Below the pieces are notes generated by a model. It made no database searches. It saw only the letters and a program-made list of their open reading frames with translations, and was not told the origin of the DNA. Both the position numbers and the translations under genes were made by a program. From the NCBI RefSeq assembly GCF_009914755.1, contig NC_060928.1: a DNA stretch of 64,000 nucleotides. One strand, written 5' to 3'. How positions within the stretch are numbered: the stretch's first letter is position 1; every line of letters starts with the position of its first letter. Positions 15,023 through 28,112 of the stretch are shown one piece after another. The stretch is from the human T2T-CHM13v2.0 reference genome, Homo sapiens.

Positions 15023-16493
15023 TTAATTGCAATCATATACAGAACAGAAATCATTTCCATAAAATATTTAACCTGCCTGTTACTTCCCCTAAATCTCTCT
15101 GTAGCTGATGCCCCAATTTCACTATTAGCTCTTCAGACTTGGATGTTAAGCACTGTGCCTTCCCCTGGACCTCTCTTTAAATGTCACAGCTATTTCTGGC
15201 AGGTAAGACTATTGCTTTGGTTAGTGTGAACACACACCACTGTGGATCACAAGGCACCTGAGAGAAAAGGCTGCCGAAAGCAGGAAAATAACTCAGAAAA
15301 AAGAAAAAAAAACACATGGTGCTGAAAAATACAACAGATATGCATTTGTATACTTATGATCTAATTTATGTCAGTCATTAAAAGAAAATAAGGTGTTTAG
15401 AAAATACAGTGCTGTCTATGGTTATATTTAATATTGTGACCACTTAATACAAAGCAAAGCATTCTTGCTTGCTCTCATGGAGAGTGCAATTTAGAATTGA
15501 GAGCTCAATTTCTAAGGAGGGTTTATGTACTCTATCTTGAGGCACACCAAGGAGATTGAGTTTACCAGTTTAGAAAGCACTGCCATAATTCAAGTCAGGG
15601 AGAGGGCTGATGGAAGATTTTTAAAAGATTTTAAAAGATCATGAGGGCAAGCTGGCTTTTAACAAAACAAAATATTTCCATGTGGCTTCTGGCTGACTGA
15701 ATTAATAAGGCCCAGAGACTGATCTGAAGGCAAAAGCCTTTATTTTTTATTGCAATGGAGAAAAACTGAACATTATTTGACTATCAGTTGTGAAGTTTAG
15801 TAAAAAGATTTTCACTAATGGGTGGTTTTAATATTTATGAATGTGATGGTTCAGCAAATTTTCTCCAATGTTTTGCAAGACCACTAATTAATAATCATCT
15901 TTACAAATGGAACATGTAATTGTCTGCTACTATTTTTTCTTTGCCAATGCTTAATACTTATTTTGAATACGTTTTATTTTTTTTCTAAATTTCTCTATTT
16001 ATTTCTACCTGAGCATTTCTTAATTTTTTTATTCAGTCCTGTTATTCTCACTGTAGGATTTTTAAAAGCTGGTATATTATATTAAAATCCTTCAACTGTG
16101 AATTCAGCAATGTTTTGAGTTCCAGGGATTCATCTGGCGTTAGGCTGACCTTGTCAAGCATAAACATCAACATTAAAGAAAATATTTAAGAAATGAAAGG
16201 CCTGAATCAAAATAAGAGGTCAAATTTTCCAGGGTGTTTTGTGTCTTGAAAATCTTTCTGCTGTAATTACCTAAAGACTGTGGTTAGATAATTATTGAGG
16301 GACTTTTGCAATTGTCCCTTTTCTCTATATAGATCACCACATTAATTAAACGAGAGTCTCACTGGGAACAGGTTGCTGTTCTGCATCTTTAAGTATTTTT
16401 AGTACTTTATTTTCAAAAGAGAAAAAGAACCACTAAGAAGAAGATTGCTTCTCAGCCAAATTTTCTGATATACAGATATTCTCAAAAGACAAG

Positions 16494-16502
16494 CACACAC
16501 AC

Positions 16503-16537
<35 letters not shown>
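16494..16537. repeat. (CA)n microsatellite
   Basis: About 22 units, one interruption. Confidence 0.95.
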
Positions 16538-16540
<3 letters not shown>

Positions 16541-17039
16541 CAAGGCTCTGGAATGTGCCTTAACAATCTTATTTTTGCACATTTTAAAAGGAGGTCATTA
16601 TGAAATTTGCACATATTTTATGACCTGTAATGTACTTCTCTGATCTGATTTCACTTGAGCTAATAAAAAAATACAAATCAGGTGCTTGCTGTGATCAAGA
16701 TGCTAAAGTTATATTTACACTGCTTCATAAATGTAAGGTGTTAAAGCTTAGTGAGACAAGAAGTAAACTGATAATTGATTAACCAGGGTGCTATACAAAT
16801 CTACCTAGAGGGTGCCTTCCCAGGTTAATGCAATTATGGGAGAAAGATCCTGGCTCCTGGCTACAGAAATGCCAACTAAAGTGTTATCCACCCCATCCTT
16901 CACTTTGGAGGATGCGTTAAGATGACACTGTGCTGTGTCAAAATGAAAATACAAACAAAAGCAAATAAACCGAGTGATAATAAATAAACCGAGTGACTCA
17001 GTTTCCTTATCCATTTTCCAGTTACCTTTTTTTTTTTAG

Positions 17040-17420
17040 GCCAGTCTGCATGTCCACTAGAAGAAAAGGGACCTGGGTTCTTCATCAGCCCATCCTTAGA
17101 TCTTAGTGCACATATGCACCTAGTAAGTGCCGAGCAAATATTCAATGAATGACTGTACCTTTCCTAAGAATTCTTCGTTGATTATCCTTCAACAGAGCTA
17201 ACTTCTCTCCCTATGTGCTCAGTCAAATGCTCTCCCATTGGACTGAGTTCAGCATAAACTGCCATGTTTTGAGATGATTGGTGTAAGCGAATGTCCTCTC
17301 CTGAGTTGCGAGAATCTAAGAGCAGGACAACATCACATGCTTCTCTACTTTCTATAGTTCTTTTGTCCACTGTCTAACAAATAATGCCAAGTGAAAAAGG
17401 GAAAAATGAATGAATAAATT
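17040..17420 (+). mobile_element. Two L2 3'-end fragments
   Basis: tagtaagtgccgagcaaatattcaatgaatga and aaaaatgaatgaataaat are L2-type tails. Confidence 0.5.
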
Positions 17421-17704
17421 TTGTAAGATGCCAATGGAAAAAAACAGAAAATCAAGAGTTACTAAAAAAAACCACTAACTCCATTTAATTGTTTTAGACT
17501 AAGAATCCCTCAGTGATACCTAGCCAAAATTAGGATTCAGATCCAAAATAAAAGATACTGTTGCCCCAAGTAGATATCATAATTTGTTACAATAAGTAAA
17601 AATGTATATTATTCAATACTAAACTGTTATACCACATTTCAAGTTTTTAAAACTTTATCTTCCTTTTATGCATAGATAGTAGTAGAGCATTAAGAACATG
17701 CATG

Positions 17705-17855
17705 GCTATCACCTGAGGTGTTGATTGTAAATTCACATTCCTAGGCTTTGTCTCTTAACTACTGAATCGGAATCTTTGGGAGTGAACTGACAGGAATCTG
17801 AATTTTAAAAATAAGGTCTTCAGGTGATTCTCATGCATCTAAAGATAACTGCTTT
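17705..17855. mobile_element. MER5A/B (hAT-Charlie)
   Basis: atcacctgagg...ctactgaatcggaatctttggg...caggaatctgaattttaa...caggtgattctcatgca. Confidence 0.75.
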
Positions 17856-18540
17856 AATATATAACAAAGAAACCCAAAGAGGGACACTTGAGGATTTTTT
17901 CAATATATCTTCTTTTGCAGAGATTAATAGTGAATGTTGTTTTATCTGCTGTTTAGAATTTTACATATGCATTGGATGATACATCTTCTTTTACTGACAA
18001 AAAGGCTTTTCTCTGGAGAAAATAAAAAGGCAGCTTTCCCTGAGAGCACACACTTCTAGCAAAGCCCCAATCCATATGACTCTAAGACAGAGTGATTTCC
18101 ACCTTCTAGTCCTTACTTTCTTGCAAAAGGGGCTTTCAAATCTCATTACTGATGGTCCCATCTTTTATTACTGGTGTTATCAATGGGATGCTTGCAGCAG
18201 CTTAAGTATGTGGATAAAGAAGGAATGCACAATATACGGTACTGAATATTTTTAAAAAGTGGTCTTTCAGAATGTCTGTATGTGTGGGGGCCCATGCTTA
18301 GGCATATGTGCATGCCAGTGTGTTATTTATGTTGAAACCAATGTTTTACATTAATGGCTGGAATTCCAGAAAAATAAGAAAATATTTGTATTTTCTAAAC
18401 CATTAAAAGTTTAGTGGAACTCATTAATAGTCTGTATCATCTCTCTGTATATTTCAGAAGTACATTTTAAGTGTAACAGCTAGGGGTAAACTTTCATAAC
18501 TGTATGATTTGAACACAAGTACAAGAAATATTCAAGGTTT

Positions 18541-18836
18541 TCTTTTCTTTTTTTTTTTTAGATGAAGTCTCACTCTTATCGCCGTAGCTATAGTGCAATG
18601 GCGCTGTCTCAGCTCACTGCAACCTCCGCCTCCTAGGTTAAAGCAATTCTCCTGCCTCAGCCTCCGTAGTAGCTGGGATTACAGGATCCTGCCACCACAC
18701 CCACTAATTTTTGTATTTTTGGTAGAGAATGGGTTTCACCATGTTGGACAGGCTGGTCATGAACTCCTGACCTCAGTCGATCCACCCGCCTTGGCCTCCC
18801 AAAGTGCTGGATTACAGGTGTCCACCGCGCCTGGCC
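18541..18836 (-). mobile_element. AluS (Sp/Sq-like)
   Basis: Full Alu body with ctcactctt and gtgcaatggcg. TSD aatattcaag (18527-18536 / 18837-18846). Confidence 0.92.
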
Positions 18837-19168
18837 AATATTCAAGTTTACACAGGAAAAAGAATACTTTCTCTGCATAACCTTTACTTATTTACTCATA
18901 AGCCTCTAGTTCTCTCTGGATTTGACTGTAAATCTCAACACATTTCCCAGAAACTAACATCTTCTGGCTGACTTCTATTAAAAATTCAGACAAAGAAAAA
19001 AACTGAATACAATGGAGAGAGATTATAATACTGCTATTCTCCCATTCTCTCTCTCTACAGCATATCACCTCCTCCAAAATCAGTTCATATCTAACTCCTA
19101 GCACATTTTTAGTTAAAAATATACATGCACAAAATATATGTGTAAATACACATGCTGATATCACACAT

Positions 19169-19239
19169 TGTGTGTGTGTGTATATATATATACACAAAAG
19201 CAGATATATATATATACACAAAAGCAGATATATATATAT
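19169..19239. repeat. (TG)n plus 24-bp tandem repeat [(TA)6 CACAAAAGCAGA] x2.5
   Basis: Directly visible. Confidence 0.9.
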
Positions 19240-19326
19240 GCTTTCTTGCAGGTGATAGAATGCTTTTTTGGAGGTGGTTTTGTGGGCCTATGTAATGTCT
19301 CTATTGTTATATTTTAAAAGTTTCTT

Positions 19327-19632
<306 letters not shown>

Positions 19633-19840
19633 AAAAGTTTCTTAGCACTCGTTCTCATGAGAAAAATTGCTGAAAACTTGGCAATAAAGAAACAGAATGA
19701 CTACATGTCCTTTAAATGTTATTTTTAAGGGGCTCAATCAATGACTATGAAGTTATCTAAGATAAAACACCTGATTTTGACATTGCCATTAACTTTTTTA
19801 TTAGAGCCCCCAGATCTACAGGTTATATGTGCAGATGTGC

Positions 19841-19984
19841 AGTGGCTGCTTTATTTCCCTTTTCAAGAGCTTTTCTTATACAGCATCTATCCACTCTCCT
19901 ATAGAGATGAAGTTAACTCCCTTGACAACTATCACTTGTCCCCAATCCCCACCCTTCCACTTGACATACAAACCCAAAGAGATT
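19841..19984 (+). repeat. 144-bp direct repeat, copy 1
   Basis: Aligns without gaps to 20849-20992 with 6 mismatches. Confidence 0.95.
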
Positions 19985-20848
19985 CATGCTCATTTATGCT
20001 CAGTAGAAAACATAATTCCATAGGTTACTGCTATTATTAATCAAATATTTACTAGATTTATATCTATTAGTCAATTCTCTTTAGAATTTCTTTGACTGTT
20101 TCTATAAATCTTTATTCCTCAGATATTCCTTTAAACCAGTCTTACCAGCTTATTGGCTCCACTACTAATTAATTAGTTGGATAAAATCTTTGAAATGTGT
20201 TTATGTTTGTATAAAAACCATCTTCTTTACTTTTCAAAAACTATACTTGAGCACACTGTGAAAAGATAAATTGCTAGGTTCAACTGAGGAACTGAATAAT
20301 TTTTTCCTCTTTTAGTTTTAACATTCTACACAATCTAAATTATTTTAAAACTCAGAAAATGCTTTAAGCTCATATTTATAGACTTCCCAAGTAGTACAAT
20401 CTGTTAACTGAGGTAGGTAAGTAAACGTCCTTGAAAACTTCCATAAATGATGGTGAATAAATTAAAAAGGTGGAAACAATTTTCCAGGTCTCTGAGCCAT
20501 ATTCAATATAATGAATCCTGAATAGGAGTTCAATGAAAAGATTAGGTAGATTTTTTAAAAAAAAACCCATATCCCATGGGATCCTGCTGTAAGGTACTTT
20601 TATAAATTATACTGATTATACTGTCTCTTTCATTTCTCTGTCTATTTGCCATGTGTTATATACTTTGGTGATCTTTGAGAAAGCATTTAACCTATTACAG
20701 GCATTTTTTTCCCCTAAAGTACAAGTAGGTAGGTCAAAAGAACAGCAAGGACAATGTCTATCCACCCAATCTGGTGGCCTCCGAAGGACAAAAGCCAGAG
20801 TTAATCTAAAGCAATCAAGGAGTCTGACCACCATGGAAGCCCTGAGGA

Positions 20849-20992
20849 AGTGGCTGCTGTATTTCCCTTTTCAAGAGCTTTTCGTATACAGCGTCTATCC
20901 ACTCTCCTATAGAGATGAAGTTAACTCCCTAGACAACTATCACCTGTCCCCAATCCCCACCCCTCCACTTGACATACAAACCCAAAGAGATT
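20849..20992 (+). repeat. 144-bp direct repeat, copy 2
   Basis: Aligns without gaps to 19841-19984 with 6 mismatches. Confidence 0.95.
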
Positions 20993-21850
20993 AATTAACA
21001 TTTGTTCCAGGAAGAGACACAGACAAAAACATCCGATATTGGAATATTCCTTCGTGAATAAATACAAAACTTATGGAGAGGGAGGAAGATATTTTGAAAG
21101 GAAAAAAATCATTGGACTTTATTGCTCAAAGCCAAAAGAAATTGTTTTTTGTGGCAAAAGTAAAACAAGGTAATTTTGTACTGTGTGCTGTATTTCTGGC
21201 AATTATCTGTTATCTTAAGAGGCTTATATAGAAAGAACAATTGTACCTACTTTCACAGCATGCTCTGAGGATCTAAGGACCCTCAACAAATAGTTTTCAT
21301 GCTACAAGCAGGCACTTATTTAGGCACAAATAGGATGGGATTCTTTTTTTAACTGTAGTATAAATAATTTTATATAATACAGTTATATAGGCTTTTTTAA
21401 ACAAAATACAGTCAGATTTTAAATCTCTCTATTCTAAGATAGACACTTCACAATTTAAATTCAAGACTCCTTGTTTCTTGAAGACATCTATGAAAGCAAA
21501 TGTTTTTGAGAACTTGGCTGAATCTGAGTCCATTCCGATTAGCAGATTCCACATTCACTTTTGAGCCATGACTTAGAAGCTATCAAGACATTATGTAGCA
21601 ACCTTTTTCTCAGTATTCCAGGAAAATAAAAATGTGCATGCATTAACTCAATAGGTATTCAGATGTTTCCCATTAGTAAGTTGTGACCATGCAATAAAAA
21701 CCATGCTCACCAATATTCCCCAATAAACTTCAAGATTTGTAAGCTCATGCATACCCACATTTATGTTAAAATTTGAAATAATGAAATATTTTTGCATTGT
21801 GAAAAATAGATATATATGCATTTTGTGACCAAAACCATCACCACAGTTCC

Positions 21851-21892
21851 ATTGCTGTTGTTGTTCTTCTTCTTGTTATTATTATTATTATT
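21851..21892. repeat. Compound (TTG)/(TTC)/(TTA) microsatellite
   Basis: Directly visible. Confidence 0.85.
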
Positions 21893-21944
21893 TTTGGTTT
21901 GTTTGTATCTGGCACATTTGGGGTTATAAATCACAAATAACATA

Positions 21945-22290
21945 AGTAAGATAATGTTAATCTCCTTCTTACAAAATCCAATGGCTTCCCACAAGTCTAT
22001 ATATAATATGCAAATTTCTTACTATAGCTTATAAGATCTGGAATAATTTTTCCTATCTCCAGCCTTCACCTCTTCTCACATTCATCATATTCTAGCTAAT
22101 CAGGACTCTTTTATGTCATAAACTATGCTAGATTTGCACACCCTTAAAGCCTTCATATACGAGTTTGTTCTGCCTTGGATACCTCTGTTCCACATTCCCG
22201 AACATTCTCTCTCTCATCACACAGCTGGACCCTTTCACCCTCCTGATCTCAATTGAAATGTGACCTTCCTGTATAAACTTTCCATGAGCT
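21945..22290 (+). mobile_element. L2 relic
   Basis: aaatccaatggcttccca...tatctccagccttcacctc...gttctgccttggatacctct...ctcaattgaaatgtgaccttcct are L2 motifs. Confidence 0.7.
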
Positions 22291-22339
22291 GGCTTGTCTG
22301 ACTGAACCCAAATGGCTAATGGATTTTCTTTCCCGTTAC

Positions 22340-22640
22340 ATGCTCTCTAATTTATGATGCTTTGCTTGGGGGGAAAATGAGAGGTGGGAGTCTGTTTACG
22401 GAACATGGAAGTCCTTTTGCAGAGGTACAAGAGTGGAAATGGCTGTTCCCCAGCCTGGCTCTCTGAGTCAGACCTGACATCCACAGAGAGAGCACTGCAG
22501 TAACTGCAAACGCTTCTGTTTTGATTGTGGTAATTGGAACAATCAGGGCACAAACCGCAAGGTCACTGGCAAGGGTAGCAGCAGGCATGATTCCTCCCTT
22601 AGTAATTTTAAAGCAGCAGATTTCAAAAGGGAAAACCAAG
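22340..22640. promoter_or_regulatory. Candidate enhancer (dense TF motif cluster in unique DNA)
   Basis: TGTTTAC 22393, GGAAGT 22407, TGAGTCA 22464, TGTGGT 22526, AACAAT 22538, AACCGCA 22553, CAAGGTCA 22558. GC content is locally higher. Motif inference only. Confidence 0.4.
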
Positions 22641-25019
22641 CAGATGAAAGTGAGCAGATTTGTTCTTCAGCACATGTGAGATACCCTTGGAGATGCCAAT
22701 AAATCACTGGAGAGACTGTGAAGGAGGCTTAGGCCCTGCAGATGAAGTTAGTGATGGAGGGAAATCGTGTTTATCCTCGGGCTGTCAGGTCTGAAATACC
22801 TGGGTTAAGTAAATGGCCTCTGGGATGGTCACAGTCGGCAATTATTAGCAGTTACAGATCCATCTCTATGCCAAAACAGATAACAGCATCCAGGAATTAT
22901 CCAAAGTCACAAATCAGTGTCAGTGTCTTGTCACTCACCCACGTAGTGCTTTTCCCTTCCTCCTAGTTACTTAATGGATAAGGGCACATTGTCAAATAAA
23001 CAAACAAGTGAGGATAAATGTTGCTCCGAAATTTAAGGTGAATCATTAGTCAGACTTGGTATCGTCATGGAATTTGGTCTGTTTTCTAACTAGCTTTATT
23101 TTAGCACAGCCATAAATCTGGCTGTAATTGTCTTTAACTCCGATGACTCATACATCTAAGCATTTCATTTAACTTTCAACCGTGAAAAATTCCAACTGAT
23201 TTGGCAATATGAATGTGCTCTTACATGCATATGATCATATGATGCTGTCAGTACAACATCTGTTTTTGTTCTTGGGATGTTGATGGACTATCATGAACCA
23301 TCTTATAACTTTCCCAGTCCCCTTTAAGTCCAAGAGGATACAGCTGAGAAGGCAGGTAGAGTTTTTGGTCAGTGGCTAGGTTTTTCCTGAATATCAAACA
23401 AATTGCCTGGTATGAGAATTTAACAGAATATGACCACAATTTTTTTAACAGATTTATCTACTTGAAACATCGCCTCAGTCAATGAAGAAACTTATGTTCT
23501 ATAACTAATAATAAAAGATCATTTGTAACTGAAATATGACAAATTGCTGTTTTAATCATGAGGATTACCATTTAGAACAGCTAGGTAAACATTTACTTTT
23601 TAATCCGGAAATAAGTTAAAGCAAATAATAAAAATTTATATTTAAATCACACAACATGTTTTATCATGAATAATAAATGTTTTTAAAGTTTAAAAATGTA
23701 CTTGTTACCTTGTGGGTATTCCTGAACATGATTAGGATTTTTATTTCTCCAAGTATTTTTATTCACTCACAGAATCAAAATGTCAAGGCTATATAAGTTT
23801 TCATCAAGTGCTAATTTAGCATCTAAGTTTTTATTAATTAATTTGTAAAGGAAATAATAATGAGAGTCAAAGGAAGAAGCATCTCCTGTGGTGAGCTCCA
23901 TTTCCAGATTCCAACGAAACCATTAAAATATTTATGGCACTGAGGCTGAATCAGACGGGTCTTGTGTACTCTCTTGTGTGGCCATATTGTGTAGCAACAG
24001 TGGGTTTCGAATAATAAGATTCAGTCATCCATTTAGACTCCAATTGGAGCTCAGGCAACTTCAATTTGTGATTATAATGATTAACTTCAAAAAGATGCAC
24101 TATTTGTAGACCTATGTTGAAACTTATGCAGTGGAACTAAAAAGCCACCTATTTTTATAATAAAAAGGCACAAATACGCAAATGCAAAAGAAATTCATTG
24201 GAAAATCTTGAACGTTTCAAATATAATTATCACAAATGCAAATATAAAATAACAATATGTTTGTTAATATTATACTTTCATTTAATCAGTTCTTCTAAGT
24301 AAGGCAAATATATGAATTTTTTAATATACAAAAATACCCCCCCAAAACTCCATTAAGTATATCTATATGACCATTGGGTAAGATTTTTTATGATTATTAG
24401 TATGGGAAAATTGTGACTGTTTAGATATATTAAATATATTAAGTAATATATTTAATGATTTAAGATTGTTAAATAATTTATATTAAAATTGAAACCTCAT
24501 TTTGCCAGTATTAAAAATTTCAAAATTTAAATACATATGACACCAATGCATACAATGTTACTTTGTCCTGAACATAAGTTTTAAAAGAATTTAAGTTTAA
24601 ATATTCTCCTAAATGCTTTGTGAGACTTAAGATAAAAAACAGTTCCTCAGAACTCCTGACAAAGGGGGGCAGTAAAGAAGCAAAAAGATTTTTATGGAGT
24701 TCAGGGAAAGCTGAAAGGCCTTTGTGTACATTCCCTATTTTCTAAACAGTAAATGATGGATTGCATTTTAGGCAGACTACAAAATTGCTAAAATTAAATG
24801 TTGGGATGGAAATGTGGAATGCAGAGTTTGCAACCCCCTTTTAATTTAATATTTTCAAAGAATTAAGAGAAATTATTATATTTTATTTTATAAAATATTA
24901 TATTTAAAATTACTCAATTCTAAATGAATGTTATTGCAAACCTAGGCTTATAAGAAGAATGCATTTAGAAGCCCTAGATAACATACAATATAAAAATAAT
25001 ATTTGCAAATTATGCATTT

Positions 25020-25360
<341 letters not shown>

Positions 25361-27337
25361 TAGCATTTTCAATACATTCCCCCCCGTTTGACAAATTTTA
25401 TCTTGCCATTTAGCTAATGGGCAAGCAAAAAATTAAGTGGAATAATTGGACAGAACAATTATCTGGTAACCTAAACAATGGTAACATGAGATAGGTATTT
25501 TATGCATTGTTTGGACTTATAAACTATCTAGTGTTCTAATAATAGACATAATGGTTTATTCAACTAATAGCTACTGTCATCCTTAGAGGTTATTAACAAC
25601 TCAAAGTAGTGAATTACATCCAACTAAAGGGTGCTTTTGTATAGACATTTGTTCTTATTGCTGGTCACTTATTCTTCAAATATCTTTTAGGCACCATTTA
25701 CAAAGATGACCAGAGGTACAAAATCTGCATATATAATAGAAAGAGCCAGGTAGTCATTCAATAAAAGAAGGTATATAGTACCAGGAAAAGATTTTTATCT
25801 TAGCCTAAGGCAGTCTGAATTCTCAAGCCCAAAGCACATAAATTTGTTGGAATTATTTCAATTTCTAGTCACTAAAAATGTGACGCACATTTACACCAGT
25901 GGTTCGGTTGATTACTTCTCTTCAGCCCTAGTCTCTTAAGCACAGGTATACACACTTACAGCAATATCTCTGCATACAATATTTTTGACAGAATGAAAAA
26001 GTTAAAAATATTGATGTTTATTTCAGCGATTCTGAAATGGTTTATAAAAATTCTATGACTATAAGAAATTCATGAGGAATGCAATATATCAGGAAAGAAC
26101 AATGTCATCTTTACATAAAAAGGATGCGTGTCAGTAATTTGAGAGGCTGGAATCTAGTGACAAATGTGTCACTTTTTAAGGTGTGCTTGATTCACAGCTG
26201 ACAGCTTTGATTTGAAATTGCCTTTAAAACAATGTCTATGTATCAGTGCAATGAATTCTAACCAAAAGCTTGTTGGAGCTAACCACAGTACCTATATATT
26301 CAAGATGTTCATGGGAGGAATGGAAGATTTGATATTTAGGCACTGAAGGGTTGCTATGATAGTTATTATACACAATTGAGTTTAAAATGAATATATGTGT
26401 CAGTTCTATTATTAAATGTTATAAAATATGAGGGAATAATAAATGCTATGTAATTTATAAACTACAAGAAAATTTATATCAGGAAACTGCTTATTTCCTA
26501 ATATATGCACTGTCTTCAGTGTCTCCAAAACTGTCAACTCTGCCAATGTGACTAGCAGATGATGAGCAGGCAGTCTGTGTGATATTATCAATTACATAGT
26601 CAGAAATCTGAGTCTTTCTTTCACCTTATGAGCTGTTTAGGAAGAAGGTGTATATGTGTGTAACAGGGAGCAAGAGGAGATTAACTTGTAAGCCATTATC
26701 TGATGCAAAGGCAGACATTTACTAAGTCATCTGTGAAGAGATGGTTCGATAATAGCTAAGCATTCATATAAATCTTCAGGGACTCGAATTCTCTCAAGTG
26801 TGACAGAATACTCCTCTCAACTGCCAGCGCTCCTGTTGTAAAAAATCACATTTGGCAAAGGGCTCTGGTGTTTTGAGTTCTGCTCAGTGACAGGTTTGTT
26901 TTAAATAAGATTAATACTGAGGACAATAAAATGACCTTCAATTAAGACTCCTTTTAAATTTTGTCTACCTGATTTCCACTATGGTTCGTGTCTAGCTGTA
27001 CTCTATCTAAGAATGATCTTTAAAACATTCAGGATTATGAGAGAGATATCTAGGAAGTCATAGGAAATAACCACTATTCAATGCTGTTCTGTACACCATT
27101 AGTAAACCATAAGAGAGGACAAACATTTATCCAAGAAAGAGACTATTACATAGCCACCAGGACCCAATATGGATTCAGCACAATTGAGCAATACATGTAA
27201 CAGATTTGTGGTGAAAAACAGGTGCTGCTCAATTGCTTAGTCTAAAATTCTCCCTCAATTCCTTCCCATCACCTAATTTGTTTGACATCTAGTCTTTTTA
27301 CATTATAATATAGTATATTAAAAAGTTCTTATTATGG

Positions 27338-27617
27338 TTTTTTTTTTTGAGATGGGGTCTCGCTCTGTCGTTCAGGCTGGAGAGTAGGCTCAGTGCAAAC
27401 TCTGCCTCCTGGGTTCATGCCATTCTCCTGCCTCAGCCTCCCGAGTAGCTGGGACTACAGGATCCCGCCACCACGTCTGGGCCAATTTTTTGTATTTTTA
27501 GTAAAGACTGGGTTTCATGGTGTTAGCTAGGATGGTCTCGATCTCCTGACCTCATGATTTGCCCACCTTGGCCTCCCAAAATGCTGAGATTACAGGTGTG
27601 AGCCACCGCGCCTGGCC
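27338..27617 (-). mobile_element. AluY-like with ~15-bp internal deletion
   Basis: ttcatgccattctcc and tgttagctaggatggtctcgatctcc. Lacks gcagtggcgcgatctc. TSD cttattat(g/a)g. Confidence 0.9.
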
Positions 27618-27952
27618 CTTATTATAGAATTTTTGGGCATACATTGCACATTTTTCTAATTGTGCTTCAATAATACCAAACAAGTGGGCAAATGCTTCAC
27701 TGGGCTACATTTGCATCCCTGAGTACAATTTCACATTGGTTTTGGTTTTGTGAATTTTGGAGGAATTTATTTTGAGAGATGCCCCTGGAAATAAATAATG
27801 CTGATGTTTTGGTGTAATTTTATTTATTGCATTAATGGAATATGTAAATACAATCTATCAGCATTAGGCAGAAAATATTTAAGAGATATCAAATTCTTTT
27901 GCCGAGAAAGGTAGTAGTTTGCCAGGAACTACAAGCTTTCTAACTGAACTTT

Positions 27953-28112
27953 TAAAAATAAATTTTAATTTTTAATTTTGATAGATCATCATAGTTGCAC
28001 ATATTTAAGGGCTATCTGTGATATTTTCATACAATACTGCCATGTTTACTGCCACTATTCACAATAGCCACGATATGGAATCAACCTTTGTTCATCAACA
28101 GAAGAGGAGACA
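27953..28112 (-). mobile_element. Short L1MA-type insertion with 5' inversion
   Basis: L1MA 3' terminus on the minus strand (atagttgcacatatttaagggctatctgtgatattttcatac) joined directly to a plus-strand L1 segment (ccatgtttactgccactattcacaatagccacgatatggaatcaacct). Confidence 0.7.

Noticed and set aside
19841-20992. Direct repeats as LTRs of a small retroelement, or a CRISPR-like array
   Set aside because: No TG...CA ends, primer-binding site, polypurine tract or TSD; only two copies; eukaryotic context.
19741-20994. Two ORFs sharing the peptide WLLYFPFQELF...DIQTQRD as duplicated coding exons
   Set aside because: The similarity comes only from the 144-bp DNA duplication. There are no splice sites at its ends and no recognisable protein.
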